64,000 bases of DNA from an uncultured Alphaproteobacteria bacterium (lineage in GTDB: Bacteria > Pseudomonadota > Alphaproteobacteria > HIMB59): the NCBI GenBank assembly GCA_902522155.1, contig CABYUJ010000006.1:6051-70050 (forward strand), read 5' to 3'. Positions within the stretch are counted from its first letter, which is position 1; each line of letters starts with the position of its first letter. The position numbers and the translations under genes were made by a program. The notes beneath the pieces were generated by a model. That model was not told the DNA's origin and did not search any database. It saw only the letters and a list, made by a program, of their open reading frames with translations. Below are positions 31,463 through 41,756 of the stretch, in pieces.

Positions 31463-32075
31463 TATCGAAACGATAAAAAAATTTATAGAATCAAATAATC
31501 AAAATTTACTTATAAATCAACTAAATGAAGAAATAGGATGTTTTTATGAGACAGTAATTAGGGAAATTTCCAAAAAAAATAATGTTAGTGTTATTAATTA
31601 TGTTGGTGTAAATGCAAATAATAATGAAGACCTGTTTAATAATAAGAAATTAAATTTGTTCACATCAACAAATAGCAGACAAATTGAAGAGATATCAAAT
31701 GGCAATAGTCAAAATATAATTTTAACAGACTACAAAAATTATAAAAAATTCTCGAAAGATATAGTATCTATAAATGGTTATGATTTTGATAAAGATTTAA
31801 GGTATTTTCTCAATCAGTACTTTAAAATCAGGGATGAAACAATTATTAATTACTGCCTATCATCACCTTACTTTGTATTTTCTGAAGTATCTAAATACAG
31901 TTTAAATAGTAAAAACTATAGTGCTGATACTAGTGTAAAAGAGGTAAATAATTTCATTTTAAGTTTGCGTAAGGATATCTTTAAATTAAAAGCTAATAGT
32001 ATTGACATTAAAAAGTTATTTCAAAAATTAAAATTGGAAGTTAATTATAAAAAATTCAATTTTTTAACTTATTAA
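31449..32075 (+). CDS. Short, divergent DNA polymerase III delta (HolA)-like protein
   Basis: Position between lptE and parB; DLF motif; only 208 aa. Confidence 0.45.
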   Translation: MMKNNIETIKKFIESNNQNLLINQLNEEIGCFYETVIREISKKNNVSVINYVGVNANNNEDLFNNKKLNLFTSTNSRQIEEISNGNSQNIILTDYKNYKKFSKDIVSINGYDFDKDLRYFLNQYFKIRDETIINYCLSSPYFVFSEVSKYSLNSKNYSADTSVKEVNNFILSLRKDIFKLKANSIDIKKLFQKLKLEVNYKKFNFLTY

Positions 32076-32886
32076 TTAGAAATTTATATTGTTCTAAATT
32101 TTCGTAGAAAATTTTAATATTACCCTTACCTTTTTTATTATAAATAATTTTTGTTTTAAAACCAATTGTATCACTAAGGGCCTTCTCTTCGTGTATTAAA
32201 TTGGGATCTTGGGTATTTATTTTTCTTTTTCTTTTTTCTAAGTCGCGAACAGATATTTTACCAGATACTATTTGTTTCAAGATATTGTCATCGAAATCAT
32301 TCGGTGTTTTACCTATTAAAGCTCTAGCATGACCCATTGATAATTTTCCATTATTTAATAAATCAAAAAAGTAATCATCTAAATCAAGAATTCTTAATAA
32401 ATTAGTTATATGTGATCTGCTCTTACCTAATATTTTTGACAATGTCTCATGTGTGTATCCATTTTTTTTGATTAAACGCTGATAAGCTTTAGCTTCTTCT
32501 GATACTTTCAAATCCTCTCTTTGAATATTTTCAATTAAGGATATTTCATCTTTATCAAGATCCTCAGGAAGTAATAAGGCTGGCAAGACCTTGAGATCAG
32601 CGCTTTGGGCTGCCCTCCACCGTCTCTCTCCGGCGACTAACATGTAACTTTCTTTATCTCTTTGTGTAACAATTAACGGCTGTATTAAGCCATTTTTTTT
32701 TAATGATTGTGCTAATTCTAAGATTTTTTCCTTATCAAATTCTTTCCTTGGCTGAGTTTCATCTCTGTATATCTTTTCAATTGGAATGAGCAACAAACCT
32801 TTATTATCTGAAGTTTGGTTTTTGATAAATTCTTTATTACCAAGTAATGAGGATAGTCCTTTTCCCAATTTTTTATTAACTGGCAT
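32056..32886 (-). CDS. parB: Chromosome partitioning protein ParB
   Basis: LGKGLSSL, QPRK, AGERRWRA, ENIQREDL. Confidence 0.96.
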   Translation of the reverse strand: MPVNKKLGKGLSSLLGNKEFIKNQTSDNKGLLLIPIEKIYRDETQPRKEFDKEKILELAQSLKKNGLIQPLIVTQRDKESYMLVAGERRWRAAQSADLKVLPALLLPEDLDKDEISLIENIQREDLKVSEEAKAYQRLIKKNGYTHETLSKILGKSRSHITNLLRILDLDDYFFDLLNNGKLSMGHARALIGKTPNDFDDNILKQIVSGKISVRDLEKRKRKINTQDPNLIHEEKALSDTIGFKTKIIYNKKGKGNIKIFYENLEQYKFLINKLKN

Positions 32887-33640
32887 TTAAGTTGCTCCTT
32901 TCCAAAAATTCTCTTGCTAAAGCAATGTATGCTTGTGACCCACTACATTTTAAATCATAAATAATTGCTGGAAGACCATGACTAGGTGCTTCAGATAGAG
33001 TTACATTTCTGGGAACATTGAATTTGTATACACTTGTATCAAAATATTCTCTTGCTTCTTTCTCTATTAATGATGATAAGGAATTTCTTTTGTCATACAT
33101 TGTTAAAATTATACCGTTTAGTTTGAGATTAATATTTAAATTCGATTTTACTAATTCTATTGTTTTAATTAATTTTGAAAGACCTTCCAATGCAAAAAAT
33201 TCGCATTGAACTGGTATCAATACCTCTCCGCTAGCTGTTAATGAGCTTACTGTCAATAAGCCTAATGTTGGCGGTGTATCGATAAAAATGTATTCATAAT
33301 CATTTTTAATTTCATTGATATAATTTTTCAGAAGAAAATTTCTATTTTCATCATCAGCTAATTCATATTCCGCAGCAGCAAGATCCTCGCATGCAGAAAT
33401 AACATTTAGATTTGGTATTTGAGATTTTTGTATTGTGTCTTTAATACTTACTTCATTACTAAAGACTCTATAAATAGACAGTTTAGCATTATACACATTA
33501 AATGACATTGATGAGTTGTATTGAGGATCCATATCTATAACTAAAACCTTTTTGTCAATTGAGGCTAAAGCAGTAGCCAGATTAACAACAGTTGTTGTTT
33601 TCCCAACACCTCCCTTTTGATTTGCTATAGTAATAATCAT
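32876..33640 (-). CDS. parA: Chromosome partitioning ATPase ParA
   Basis: NQKGGVGKTT, DTPP, PVQCEFFALEG, EAPSHG. Confidence 0.96.
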   Translation of the reverse strand: MIITIANQKGGVGKTTTVVNLATALASIDKKVLVIDMDPQYNSSMSFNVYNAKLSIYRVFSNEVSIKDTIQKSQIPNLNVISACEDLAAAEYELADDENRNFLLKNYINEIKNDYEYIFIDTPPTLGLLTVSSLTASGEVLIPVQCEFFALEGLSKLIKTIELVKSNLNINLKLNGIILTMYDKRNSLSSLIEKEAREYFDTSVYKFNVPRNVTLSEAPSHGLPAIIYDLKCSGSQAYIALAREFLERSNLNAS

Positions 33641-34242
33641 TTTGCACCCATGATTATTATTTTTGAATCAGATGAAGTAATACTTGGATGTGTCTCCCAA
33701 AAATACTTTTGCTGATTGATTGTTTCTAACTCTTTTAAATAAGACCTTCCTTTAAGTAGTATAAACTTTGTTTGTTTGTTTATTATTTTTTTAGTCATAG
33801 ATATAATTTTTTCAATTGATGCGAAGGCACGGGCTGTTATATAGTCTATATTAAGGTTTGATATTTCTGATATGGGTTTATTGTGTACAACATAATTTAG
33901 ACCGAGTTTTAATTTACAATTTTCTAAAAAAGAGGATTTTTTTGGTGATTTTTCAACTAAATGGAGATTTCTGAAGCCTATAATTGATAAAATAATTCCA
34001 GGAAGTCCAGCACCTGTCCCAATATCCATTATAGATTTTTCATGCTGAGGTAGATATTTAACTATCTGTATACAATCTAGAAAATGTCTTTCGTCTAAAT
34101 CAATTAATGTGCTTTTGCCTATTAAGTTCATGTTCTCATTTTCTTTGATTAATATTTTTTTATATTCAGAAAGTTTGGTTAAAATCAATTTTCCATCATC
34201 AAAATTGTTTTCACAAAACTTTACTAACTTATCGTTAAGCAA
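33637..34242 (-). CDS. rsmG: 16S rRNA m7G methyltransferase RsmG
   Basis: RHFLDC, DIGTGAGLPG, TARAFA. Confidence 0.94.
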   Translation of the reverse strand: MLNDKLVKFCENNFDDGKLILTKLSEYKKILIKENENMNLIGKSTLIDLDERHFLDCIQIVKYLPQHEKSIMDIGTGAGLPGIILSIIGFRNLHLVEKSPKKSSFLENCKLKLGLNYVVHNKPISEISNLNIDYITARAFASIEKIISMTKKIINKQTKFILLKGRSYLKELETINQQKYFWETHPSITSSDSKIIIMGAK

Positions 34243-36091
34243 TTTTAGTTCCCTTGATTTTTTTGTGTTTGACTATTTGAAAGAGTGCGCTAGGTGTAAT
34301 ACCTGAAATTTTACCGGCATCATATAAATTTTCGGGCTTATGTTTATTTAATTTTTCAAGAATTTCTTTAGATAAAGAAGGGATCTTATTGAAATCGATA
34401 TTAGTTAATTTCATATTTTTGTTTTTATTAAGTTGATCAAATGACTTTTTTTCTCTTTCATAAAAAACTTCGTACTTTGAGTCAAAATATAATTTGGTTA
34501 ATAATTTTTGGGTTACTGTGAGATTGAAAAACTTTTTGAATTTTTCGGGAATGGGGTCTAAGAATTTTAAAACCTCAAATCCATTTCTTACCTTACCATC
34601 TTTTTTCACTTTTATATTTTTTTTCATCAAATCGTTGGGTGAATATTTAAGTGATTTTAATTTGTCTAATATCTTTCTTTCATCATTTATATTTTTTGAA
34701 ATCAAAGAGTATTCATTTTTATTGAAAGTTTTAGGATTGATAATTCTTGAAAATCGTTCATAAGAATTATCTGTTCTCAGCTTTAACCTATTCTCTGCTC
34801 TAGATGTGAACATACGATATGGCTCTGTAACTCCTAGTTTTGTTAGATCATCAACCAAGACACCGATATAACTGTTATCTCTTTCAAAAACTTCTTTACT
34901 AAATTTTATTTTTTTTATTTTTATTGCAGCATTAATACCAGCAAAGATACCCTGCCCTGCTGCTTCTTCATAACCTGTAGTCCCATTTATTTGACCTGCT
35001 AAAAAAAAATTTTCTATTTTTTTTGTTTCAAAATTATTTTTTAATTCTCTTGGGTCAACAGAGTCATACTCAACTGCGTATCCAAATTGATCTACCTTGC
35101 ATTCTTCTAAACCTTTTATTGATTTTAAAAATTTAAGTTGGATTTTTTTATCTAAAGAATTTGATATGCCGTTAGGGTAGACAAGACCAGAGTTTAAACC
35201 CTCTGGTTCTAAAAAAATATTATGACCGTTTCTATCTCCAAACTTAGTTATTTTATCTTCAATCGAAGGACAATATCTTACACCTTGCGATTTAATTATG
35301 CCTGAATACATCGCAGATTTATCGAGGTTATCTCTAATTATTTTATGAGTCTTGCTATTAGTTTTAGTAATGAAACAATTAATTTTTTTGTTCGTATTTT
35401 GTTTTGTAAAATATGATAAAAATATACCATTATTCTCAGAAATCTGAGGATCCAGGACATCGTAATTAATGGATTTGGAATATATTCTGGGGGGTGTTCC
35501 TGTTTTTAGCCTCATTGTTTTAAAATTCTTATTAATAAACTTTGCAAGAACTTTTGAAGAGCTATTTCCTATTCTTCCTGCTTCTTGCGACTCATTACCA
35601 AAATAAATCTTTCCATTTAGAAAGGTTCCTGTTGTGAGAATAACTGCCTTTGATTTTATTTTTCCAATATTAGACAGTTCAACACCTATAATTTTATTAT
35701 TTTTTTCTAATATATTAATAGCTTCGTCTTCAATAAGATCAATTTTAGAAGATTTAATAAATTTTTTCATATTTTGAGAGTATAAATCTCTATCAATTTG
35801 AGCTCTTACGCCCCACACTGCCGGCCCTTTAGAAAGATTTAATACTCTATAATGTATTGCTGATTTATCTCCAATTTTACAAATCACTCCTCCTAAAATA
35901 TCAACCTCACTAGCTATATGTGTTTTACCAACTCCTCCAATACTAGGATTGCACGATAATTTGCCCAAATCTGAGTAATTTTTGGTTATAAGTGCAGTTT
36001 TAAGGCCATATTTGTTAGAAATATTAGCCGCTTCTATTCCGGCATGACCAGCACCTATAACTACAACATCATAATGTTCCACGTGAAACAA
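34235..36091 (-). CDS. mnmG: tRNA modification enzyme MnmG (GidA)
   Basis: GAGHAG, SCNPSIGG, RLKTGTPPR, RYCPSIEDK, GQINGTTGYEEAA. Confidence 0.97.
   Translation of the reverse strand: MFHVEHYDVVVIGAGHAGIEAANISNKYGLKTALITKNYSDLGKLSCNPSIGGVGKTHIASEVDILGGVICKIGDKSAIHYRVLNLSKGPAVWGVRAQIDRDLYSQNMKKFIKSSKIDLIEDEAINILEKNNKIIGVELSNIGKIKSKAVILTTGTFLNGKIYFGNESQEAGRIGNSSSKVLAKFINKNFKTMRLKTGTPPRIYSKSINYDVLDPQISENNGIFLSYFTKQNTNKKINCFITKTNSKTHKIIRDNLDKSAMYSGIIKSQGVRYCPSIEDKITKFGDRNGHNIFLEPEGLNSGLVYPNGISNSLDKKIQLKFLKSIKGLEECKVDQFGYAVEYDSVDPRELKNNFETKKIENFFLAGQINGTTGYEEAAGQGIFAGINAAIKIKKIKFSKEVFERDNSYIGVLVDDLTKLGVTEPYRMFTSRAENRLKLRTDNSYERFSRIINPKTFNKNEYSLISKNINDERKILDKLKSLKYSPNDLMKKNIKVKKDGKVRNGFEVLKFLDPIPEKFKKFFNLTVTQKLLTKLYFDSKYEVFYEREKKSFDQLNKNKNMKLTNIDFNKIPSLSKEILEKLNKHKPENLYDAGKISGITPSALFQIVKHKKIKGTKIA
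36075..36090. other. parS centromere site
   Basis: TGTTCCACGTGAAACA matches the consensus TGTTNCACGTGAAACA; about 2.4 kb upstream of parA. Confidence 0.9.
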
Positions 36092-36092
36092 T

Positions 36093-37418
36093 CTACTTTC
36101 CTATGCAAAATTTGCTAAAAACTCTATCATAAACATCTTCGCTGTTAATATAACCAAATTCAAAAGAAAAATCATCTAATATATTTCTCATTAACTGGGC
36201 AATGATCAAAATATCCTTTTCATTAACAATATCCTGCTCATATTCTATGATTCTTTCTAAAAATTCAATTTCTTCTATATTAAGGTCTGTCTTTTTAAGT
36301 TTATTTTTTACATATTTTCGATGAATCGAAGTCAATTTTAATTTCTGATATATTTTATCTCTCTCTAAACTGTGGTTTATTTTGATATTTTTTGTTTTAT
36401 ATTTATAGATATCAGATTTTGTCTCAATTAAACTGTAATTTTTATGTATCATGAAATCCTTGAGAAGTGTTGATATATTTGATTTTTTAGTATTTTGATC
36501 GATTAGAACAAAAAAATGATCAATTTCCCTCGATATTTTCTGAGCTTTTTTATAACCGTATTTTTCTATTTTACCTTGTTTAGATCTTTGCCCTGCGGTA
36601 TCGAAGATTTCAAAACGATTACTCCTAATTATAAATTCATTTGAAAGAATATCCCTAGTGGTGCCCTTAATATTCGTTACAATTGCTCTATCTTTGTCGA
36701 TTATTTTATTAAATAAAGTTGATTTACCAACATTTACTGGGCCAACTAACATAATTCTACAAATATTTTTCTGTTCTATATTTGTTCTATTTTCTTGTAA
36801 TAAATTATTACAATTACTGAAAAATTTCCTTATCTTTTTCTTTATTTGATTAAAATTAAAGTCCTCATCGTCAACGAAGTCAATCGATGCAGTAATTTCT
36901 GAGAATAAACTTATAACTTCCTCTTTTAAAGGAACAAGTCCACTAACAATATCTCCAACAAAAAGAAGTCTTTTATTATATTCCAAGCCTGAAAAACTCT
37001 CGTTAGAAATTATTTCGTTAATTGCCTTGGCCTGTTTGAGAGAATTCTTGCTATTTAAAACAGACCTGTAAGAAAACTCTCCATTTTTTGCTAATCTTAA
37101 GCCTGAAACTTTTAAATCCTTTAATAATTGCTCGAACTGACTAGCTATCAGTGGTGAACCGTGCAAAAAAATTTCACAAACATCCTCTCCAGTAAAAGAT
37201 TTGGGAGATTTAAAATATACCACACTACACTCATCCAATATGGTTTCATCTTGTTGGTAAATTTTAACAATTCTGATTAAAGAATGATCTTTAGAAAAAT
37301 TTTTTTTGGTAATTTTCTTTAAAATATTCAAAACATCATCTCCTGAAATTCTATAACCAATAACTGGAGCTTTTACCAAGGGGGTAAAGTTTGAATATAT
37401 TGTTCCAGACTTAAACAA
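36093..37418 (-). CDS. mnmE: tRNA modification GTPase MnmE
   Basis: SFTGED..E..HG, GPVNVGKS, GTTRD, DTAG, FSKFCIGK. Confidence 0.95.
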   Translation of the reverse strand: MFKSGTIYSNFTPLVKAPVIGYRISGDDVLNILKKITKKNFSKDHSLIRIVKIYQQDETILDECSVVYFKSPKSFTGEDVCEIFLHGSPLIASQFEQLLKDLKVSGLRLAKNGEFSYRSVLNSKNSLKQAKAINEIISNESFSGLEYNKRLLFVGDIVSGLVPLKEEVISLFSEITASIDFVDDEDFNFNQIKKKIRKFFSNCNNLLQENRTNIEQKNICRIMLVGPVNVGKSTLFNKIIDKDRAIVTNIKGTTRDILSNEFIIRSNRFEIFDTAGQRSKQGKIEKYGYKKAQKISREIDHFFVLIDQNTKKSNISTLLKDFMIHKNYSLIETKSDIYKYKTKNIKINHSLERDKIYQKLKLTSIHRKYVKNKLKKTDLNIEEIEFLERIIEYEQDIVNEKDILIIAQLMRNILDDFSFEFGYINSEDVYDRVFSKFCIGK

Positions 37419-37484
37419 AACTTGGTTATTATAAATTTATAATTATTCTAGTCCACCTATGAAAAGAACAAAAAGCATCATTAA

Positions 37485-38396
37485 TTGATATTAACTAAAC
37501 CAAATCACATTAAAATTTATGGTCATAGAGGGGCTAGGGGGGACCTACCAGAAAATACTTTAGAGAGTTTTAAGTATTTGTTTGAAAATAAAATTAGCGC
37601 TTACGAAACAGACATCTTACTTACCAAAGACTTAATTCCGGTCTTTTATCATGATTTTAGATTAAATCCAGCCCTTACGAAGGATGCTCAAGGTAATTGG
37701 ATTGAAGATAATGATATTAAAATTTTTGATTTAACTTATGAAGAATTGTCTAAATTTAAAATTGGAGAAATTGATAAAAAATCTAAATACGGAAGGAGAT
37801 TTGATAATCAAAAAAGTTTAGGTGAAATAAAAATCCCAAAATTATCTGATCTACTTGAATTAACATCAAATTATATTTCAGATGATTTGATAATTAATTT
37901 AGAAATTAAATCAACACCTGTTGAGGACAACTTAACACCCCCTCCAAATGTAATGGCAAGTTTAATAATTGATGAGGTCAATAAAACAAAATTAAAAGAT
38001 AAAGTAATCTACTCATCTTTTGATTGGAGGGTTTTAAGAGAAATAAAAAATATAGACTCCAAGATCTCAAGAGCTTATTTAACTTCTGGACTTAAAGGAA
38101 AAGTCTATGATAAATCACCTTGGTTAGACTTCATGCCTTTGTACGATAGCGATAGCAGAGAACTACCAAGACTTATCAAAACGTTAGGTGGAAAAGCATG
38201 GCATCCTAAACGTAAAGATATAGACAAAGATATAGTTAGAATTTCTCATGAGGAAGGTCTTCCTGTGAACGTGTGGACTGTTAATGAAAAATATGAGATG
38301 TTGAGGATGATCGACTACGGCGTTGATGGAATAATTACTGATTATCCTATAAGATTAAAAAAACTATGCGAAGAAAATGGAATAAAATGGTTTTAG
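37485..38396 (+). CDS. Glycerophosphodiester phosphodiesterase
   Basis: GHRGARG..PENT, E.D..HD, NLEIK, WTVN, GVDGIITDYP. Confidence 0.93.
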   Translation: MILTKPNHIKIYGHRGARGDLPENTLESFKYLFENKISAYETDILLTKDLIPVFYHDFRLNPALTKDAQGNWIEDNDIKIFDLTYEELSKFKIGEIDKKSKYGRRFDNQKSLGEIKIPKLSDLLELTSNYISDDLIINLEIKSTPVEDNLTPPPNVMASLIIDEVNKTKLKDKVIYSSFDWRVLREIKNIDSKISRAYLTSGLKGKVYDKSPWLDFMPLYDSDSRELPRLIKTLGGKAWHPKRKDIDKDIVRISHEEGLPVNVWTVNEKYEMLRMIDYGVDGIITDYPIRLKKLCEENGIKWF

Positions 38397-38411
38397 TCCA
38401 TAATTAGATCA

Positions 38412-40232
38412 ATGAAAATATTTTTCTTCTTATTTTTTTTGATACCCAATCTAACTCTATCCTTAACTTTTAAAGATGGTAAGCAAGTTGATGAAAGCCA
38501 AATCAATAATAATTTCGAAAAGAAATTTCAAGCTTTAGCTGGCTACCAAATAGAAAATAAAGTGTTTAATATAAATTTTCCTCCTTTTTCGCCAAATGTT
38601 GTTAGAGATAAGTATTGGTTTGGGTGGTTCTGGACTGCACAAGATTTTAACAATGACGGATATTTAGATTATTTATACTCCGGCACAATGAAGCCAAATA
38701 ATATAGAAATTTCAGGTGAAACCACTGGAGGAGCTTGTGGAGGGAAAAGATGTGAGGGCGAAATGCCAGGACCAACGTTGTTTCTAGGTAATAATGAAGG
38801 ACAATACATTTTGAGTAGTCATTTATTTATAGATAATAGAGATTTACCAGGACAATCACTCTCGAGACAAAACTTAATTGCTGATTTTAATAATGATGGT
38901 GTATTGGATTTATTCATTGCTGATCATGGAGTTGGCACACACAAAGGTATAAGAGATAGTTATTTTTTAAGCCAGAATGATGGAACATGGGTTGAGAGTT
39001 CAGCCACGCATCTTAGTAAATCAAATTATATGATTTTTGATCATGGGGGTGCAGTTGGAGATATCGACAACGATGGCGACATAGATATAGTTTTAACAGA
39101 ACTAAAAAATCAACTTACATGTTGGATAAATGATGGCAAAGGTATAATGAGATATAAGATTTGTGGAAATATTAATGCTTTTGCAATTGAGCTTGGCGAT
39201 ATGAATGGAGATGGTTACCTCGATCTAATACATGCAGGCCATGAAGGGGGGGCGTCAACCGATACAGGAATTGTTCTAAATGATGGTAATGGTAATTTTA
39301 AGAAAAGGATAGGTCTTCCAATGATACCAAAATGGGCAACGGTATCAGAATTATCTGTTTGGGATTTAGATGATGACGGTGACTTAGATATTACTTTATC
39401 TAGAGCTGGTCATTTATATGTAGGTGTGGCTGTACAGATAATAGAAAATCAAGGAAGTAATAAATTTGACTCTCAATTGCACGTTTTATTGGAGGCGCCT
39501 GCAGATTATATTCCAGAACACGAGGGAAATGAATGGAATAACTTTGTACAAAATTTCTTGTTTGGTGATTTTGATAAAGATGAGAACCCTGACATTTTGC
39601 TAGTAACTCATCGGTACAAACATAAACATATAGGTGGTTCTATTTTAAAGAATAATGGGAATATGAAATTTGTTCACCTGCCTAACGGTGATAAAGGTAA
39701 TCCAATTAATTTAATATCTGACAGTAAATTTACTTTAAGTAGTAATACCATAGATCAAATAACAGAATTTGAAATAATACCTGTCGATGGTTTAGATAAC
39801 TATACATATCTAAAAGAAAAGGTTCATTTTGGTTCAATTGATGCCAGCCTGATAGCGGCAAAACTAATAGATAATAATAACGATTTTTACCTATACAGCG
39901 GTCTATTTGAAAAAGATAATAAAAGATTTTTTATTACACTGTGTAGTGAATATTATGAGAAATTTAAGTTTATAGGTAATAGGGTTGGTACTGTTTATGA
40001 TAATGGCTTCATGGGTAATTCTGATTTAAAAGAATACGGGAAAAGTAAATGTAGTTATCATAATGGTTTCCTTGGGCATTGGGAAGATGATGCCGATAGA
40101 TTAAAAGAAAAAAAAACGAGTCTATCCTCTTTTCTTTTTGAAATTGAACATAAGTGGAAAGATGTTTTAGATAATTTGTTAATATTTACTGAAGAAGAAA
40201 AGGATTATTATTACAATAACTGGGAAAGGTAG
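38412..40232 (+). CDS. Secreted FG-GAP/VCBS repeat protein
   Basis: Signal peptide; repeats DFNNDGYLD, DFNNDGVLD, DIDNDGDID, DMNGDGYLD, DLDDDGDLD, DFDKDENPD. Confidence 0.85.
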   Translation: MKIFFFLFFLIPNLTLSLTFKDGKQVDESQINNNFEKKFQALAGYQIENKVFNINFPPFSPNVVRDKYWFGWFWTAQDFNNDGYLDYLYSGTMKPNNIEISGETTGGACGGKRCEGEMPGPTLFLGNNEGQYILSSHLFIDNRDLPGQSLSRQNLIADFNNDGVLDLFIADHGVGTHKGIRDSYFLSQNDGTWVESSATHLSKSNYMIFDHGGAVGDIDNDGDIDIVLTELKNQLTCWINDGKGIMRYKICGNINAFAIELGDMNGDGYLDLIHAGHEGGASTDTGIVLNDGNGNFKKRIGLPMIPKWATVSELSVWDLDDDGDLDITLSRAGHLYVGVAVQIIENQGSNKFDSQLHVLLEAPADYIPEHEGNEWNNFVQNFLFGDFDKDENPDILLVTHRYKHKHIGGSILKNNGNMKFVHLPNGDKGNPINLISDSKFTLSSNTIDQITEFEIIPVDGLDNYTYLKEKVHFGSIDASLIAAKLIDNNNDFYLYSGLFEKDNKRFFITLCSEYYEKFKFIGNRVGTVYDNGFMGNSDLKEYGKSKCSYHNGFLGHWEDDADRLKEKKTSLSSFLFEIEHKWKDVLDNLLIFTEEEKDYYYNNWER

Positions 40233-40236
40233 AGAA

Positions 40237-41493
40237 TTACTGATTCATACTACTGAAAAACTCTTCATTAGTTTTACAGTCTTTCATTTTATCAAGAAGA
40301 AACTCCATAGCATCAACTGTGCCCATAGATGATAGAATTTTCCTTAAAATAAAGACTTTTTGAAGGTCTCCAGCTTCTAATAATAAATCTTCTTTTCTGG
40401 TGCCTGACTTTTGAACATCAATAGCAGGATATGTTCTTTTATCAGATAATTTTCTGTCGAGGACAATTTCTGAATTACCAGTACCTTTAAATTCCTCAAA
40501 AATTACTTCGTCCATTCTACTACCTGTTTCTATTAATGCAGTGGCAATAATAGTTAGTGAACCACCTTCTTCTATATTTCTAGCTGCACCAAAAAATCTT
40601 TTTGGTCTTTGTAATGCATTTGCATCTACACCACCTGTTAGAACTTTACCACTTGATGGCACAACAGTGTTATATGCTCTACCTAATCTTGTAATAGAGT
40701 CTAAAAGAATTACTACATCATATTTATTCTCAGCTAGTCTTTTAGCTTTTTCAATAACCATTTCTGCAACTTGAACGTGTCTTGCAGCTGGTTCATCAAA
40801 TGTTGAACTGATTACTTCACCATTAACAGACCGTTGCATATCTGTAACTTCCTCTGGTCTTTCATCTATTAAAAGAACCATTAGATAAACATCAGGAAAA
40901 TTTTCAGCAATTGACTTCGCTATTTTTTGTAAAATTACTGTTTTACCTGATCTGGGTGGTGCAACAATTAAAGATCTTTGACCAGCACCAACTGGTGCAA
41001 TAATATCTATAATTCTGGATGATAAATCTGTGTCTGGTTTTTCGGTTTCTAAATTAAATTTTTTCTCTGGATAAAGAGGGGTTAAATTATCGAAATTTGT
41101 TTTAAATTTATTATTTTTAGCTATTTCTATAAAATTTACTTTATTGGTTTCCACTAGAGCAAAGTATCTTTCACCGTCTTTAGGAGGTCGAATAGGTCCC
41201 TCAAGTGTATCACCTTTTCTAAGACCATATTTCTTTATTTGATTTGGACTGACATATATATCATCTGGTCCTGGAAGATAATTAGAGTTTGCTGATCTCA
41301 AAAATCCAAAACCATCTTGCATTGTTTCTAAGACGCCTTCGCCTATTATTTCTTCATTTTTTTCTGCGAATTTCTTCAAAACAGAAAAATATATGTCTTG
41401 CTTCTTTAAACCAGAGGCATTTTCTATCCCTAAAGACTCAGCATAGTCTAATAGTTCTTGAGGTTTTTTATCTTTTAGTTCGTTTAGATGCAT
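40237..41493 (-). CDS. rho: Transcription termination factor Rho
   Basis: [36 protein letters not shown]. Confidence 0.98.
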   Translation of the reverse strand: MHLNELKDKKPQELLDYAESLGIENASGLKKQDIYFSVLKKFAEKNEEIIGEGVLETMQDGFGFLRSANSNYLPGPDDIYVSPNQIKKYGLRKGDTLEGPIRPPKDGERYFALVETNKVNFIEIAKNNKFKTNFDNLTPLYPEKKFNLETEKPDTDLSSRIIDIIAPVGAGQRSLIVAPPRSGKTVILQKIAKSIAENFPDVYLMVLLIDERPEEVTDMQRSVNGEVISSTFDEPAARHVQVAEMVIEKAKRLAENKYDVVILLDSITRLGRAYNTVVPSSGKVLTGGVDANALQRPKRFFGAARNIEEGGSLTIIATALIETGSRMDEVIFEEFKGTGNSEIVLDRKLSDKRTYPAIDVQKSGTRKEDLLLEAGDLQKVFILRKILSSMGTVDAMEFLLDKMKDCKTNEEFFSSMNQ

Positions 41494-41756
41494 ATTGGAA
41501 ATTACCTAGATAGTTAGATATATTGATTAGGTATATAACAAAAAAAAAAGAGAAAATATATATATTTATATATAGGTATGTTGTTGTATGTCGAATGATG
41601 TGGATTAACAACTTCTTATTTAGAAAAACCCATATTTAAGTACTTTTTTAGTTATTTAATAACAAATGTTGATAACTTAATATTTATAAATTAATGGTAA
41701 TTTCATTGTTTAAAACTTACAAATTTTATGGATAAGTCATTTAATCCACAATTAAC
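41494..41756. other. Probable replication origin oriC
   Basis: One-mismatch DnaA boxes TGTGGATTA 41599-41607, TGTTGATAA 41667-41675, TATGGATAA 41727-41735 and TAATCCACA 41742-41750. AT run ~41534-41574. Position upstream of maf-aroE-coaE-dnaQ and near parS, as in other alphaproteobacteria. Confidence 0.75.
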
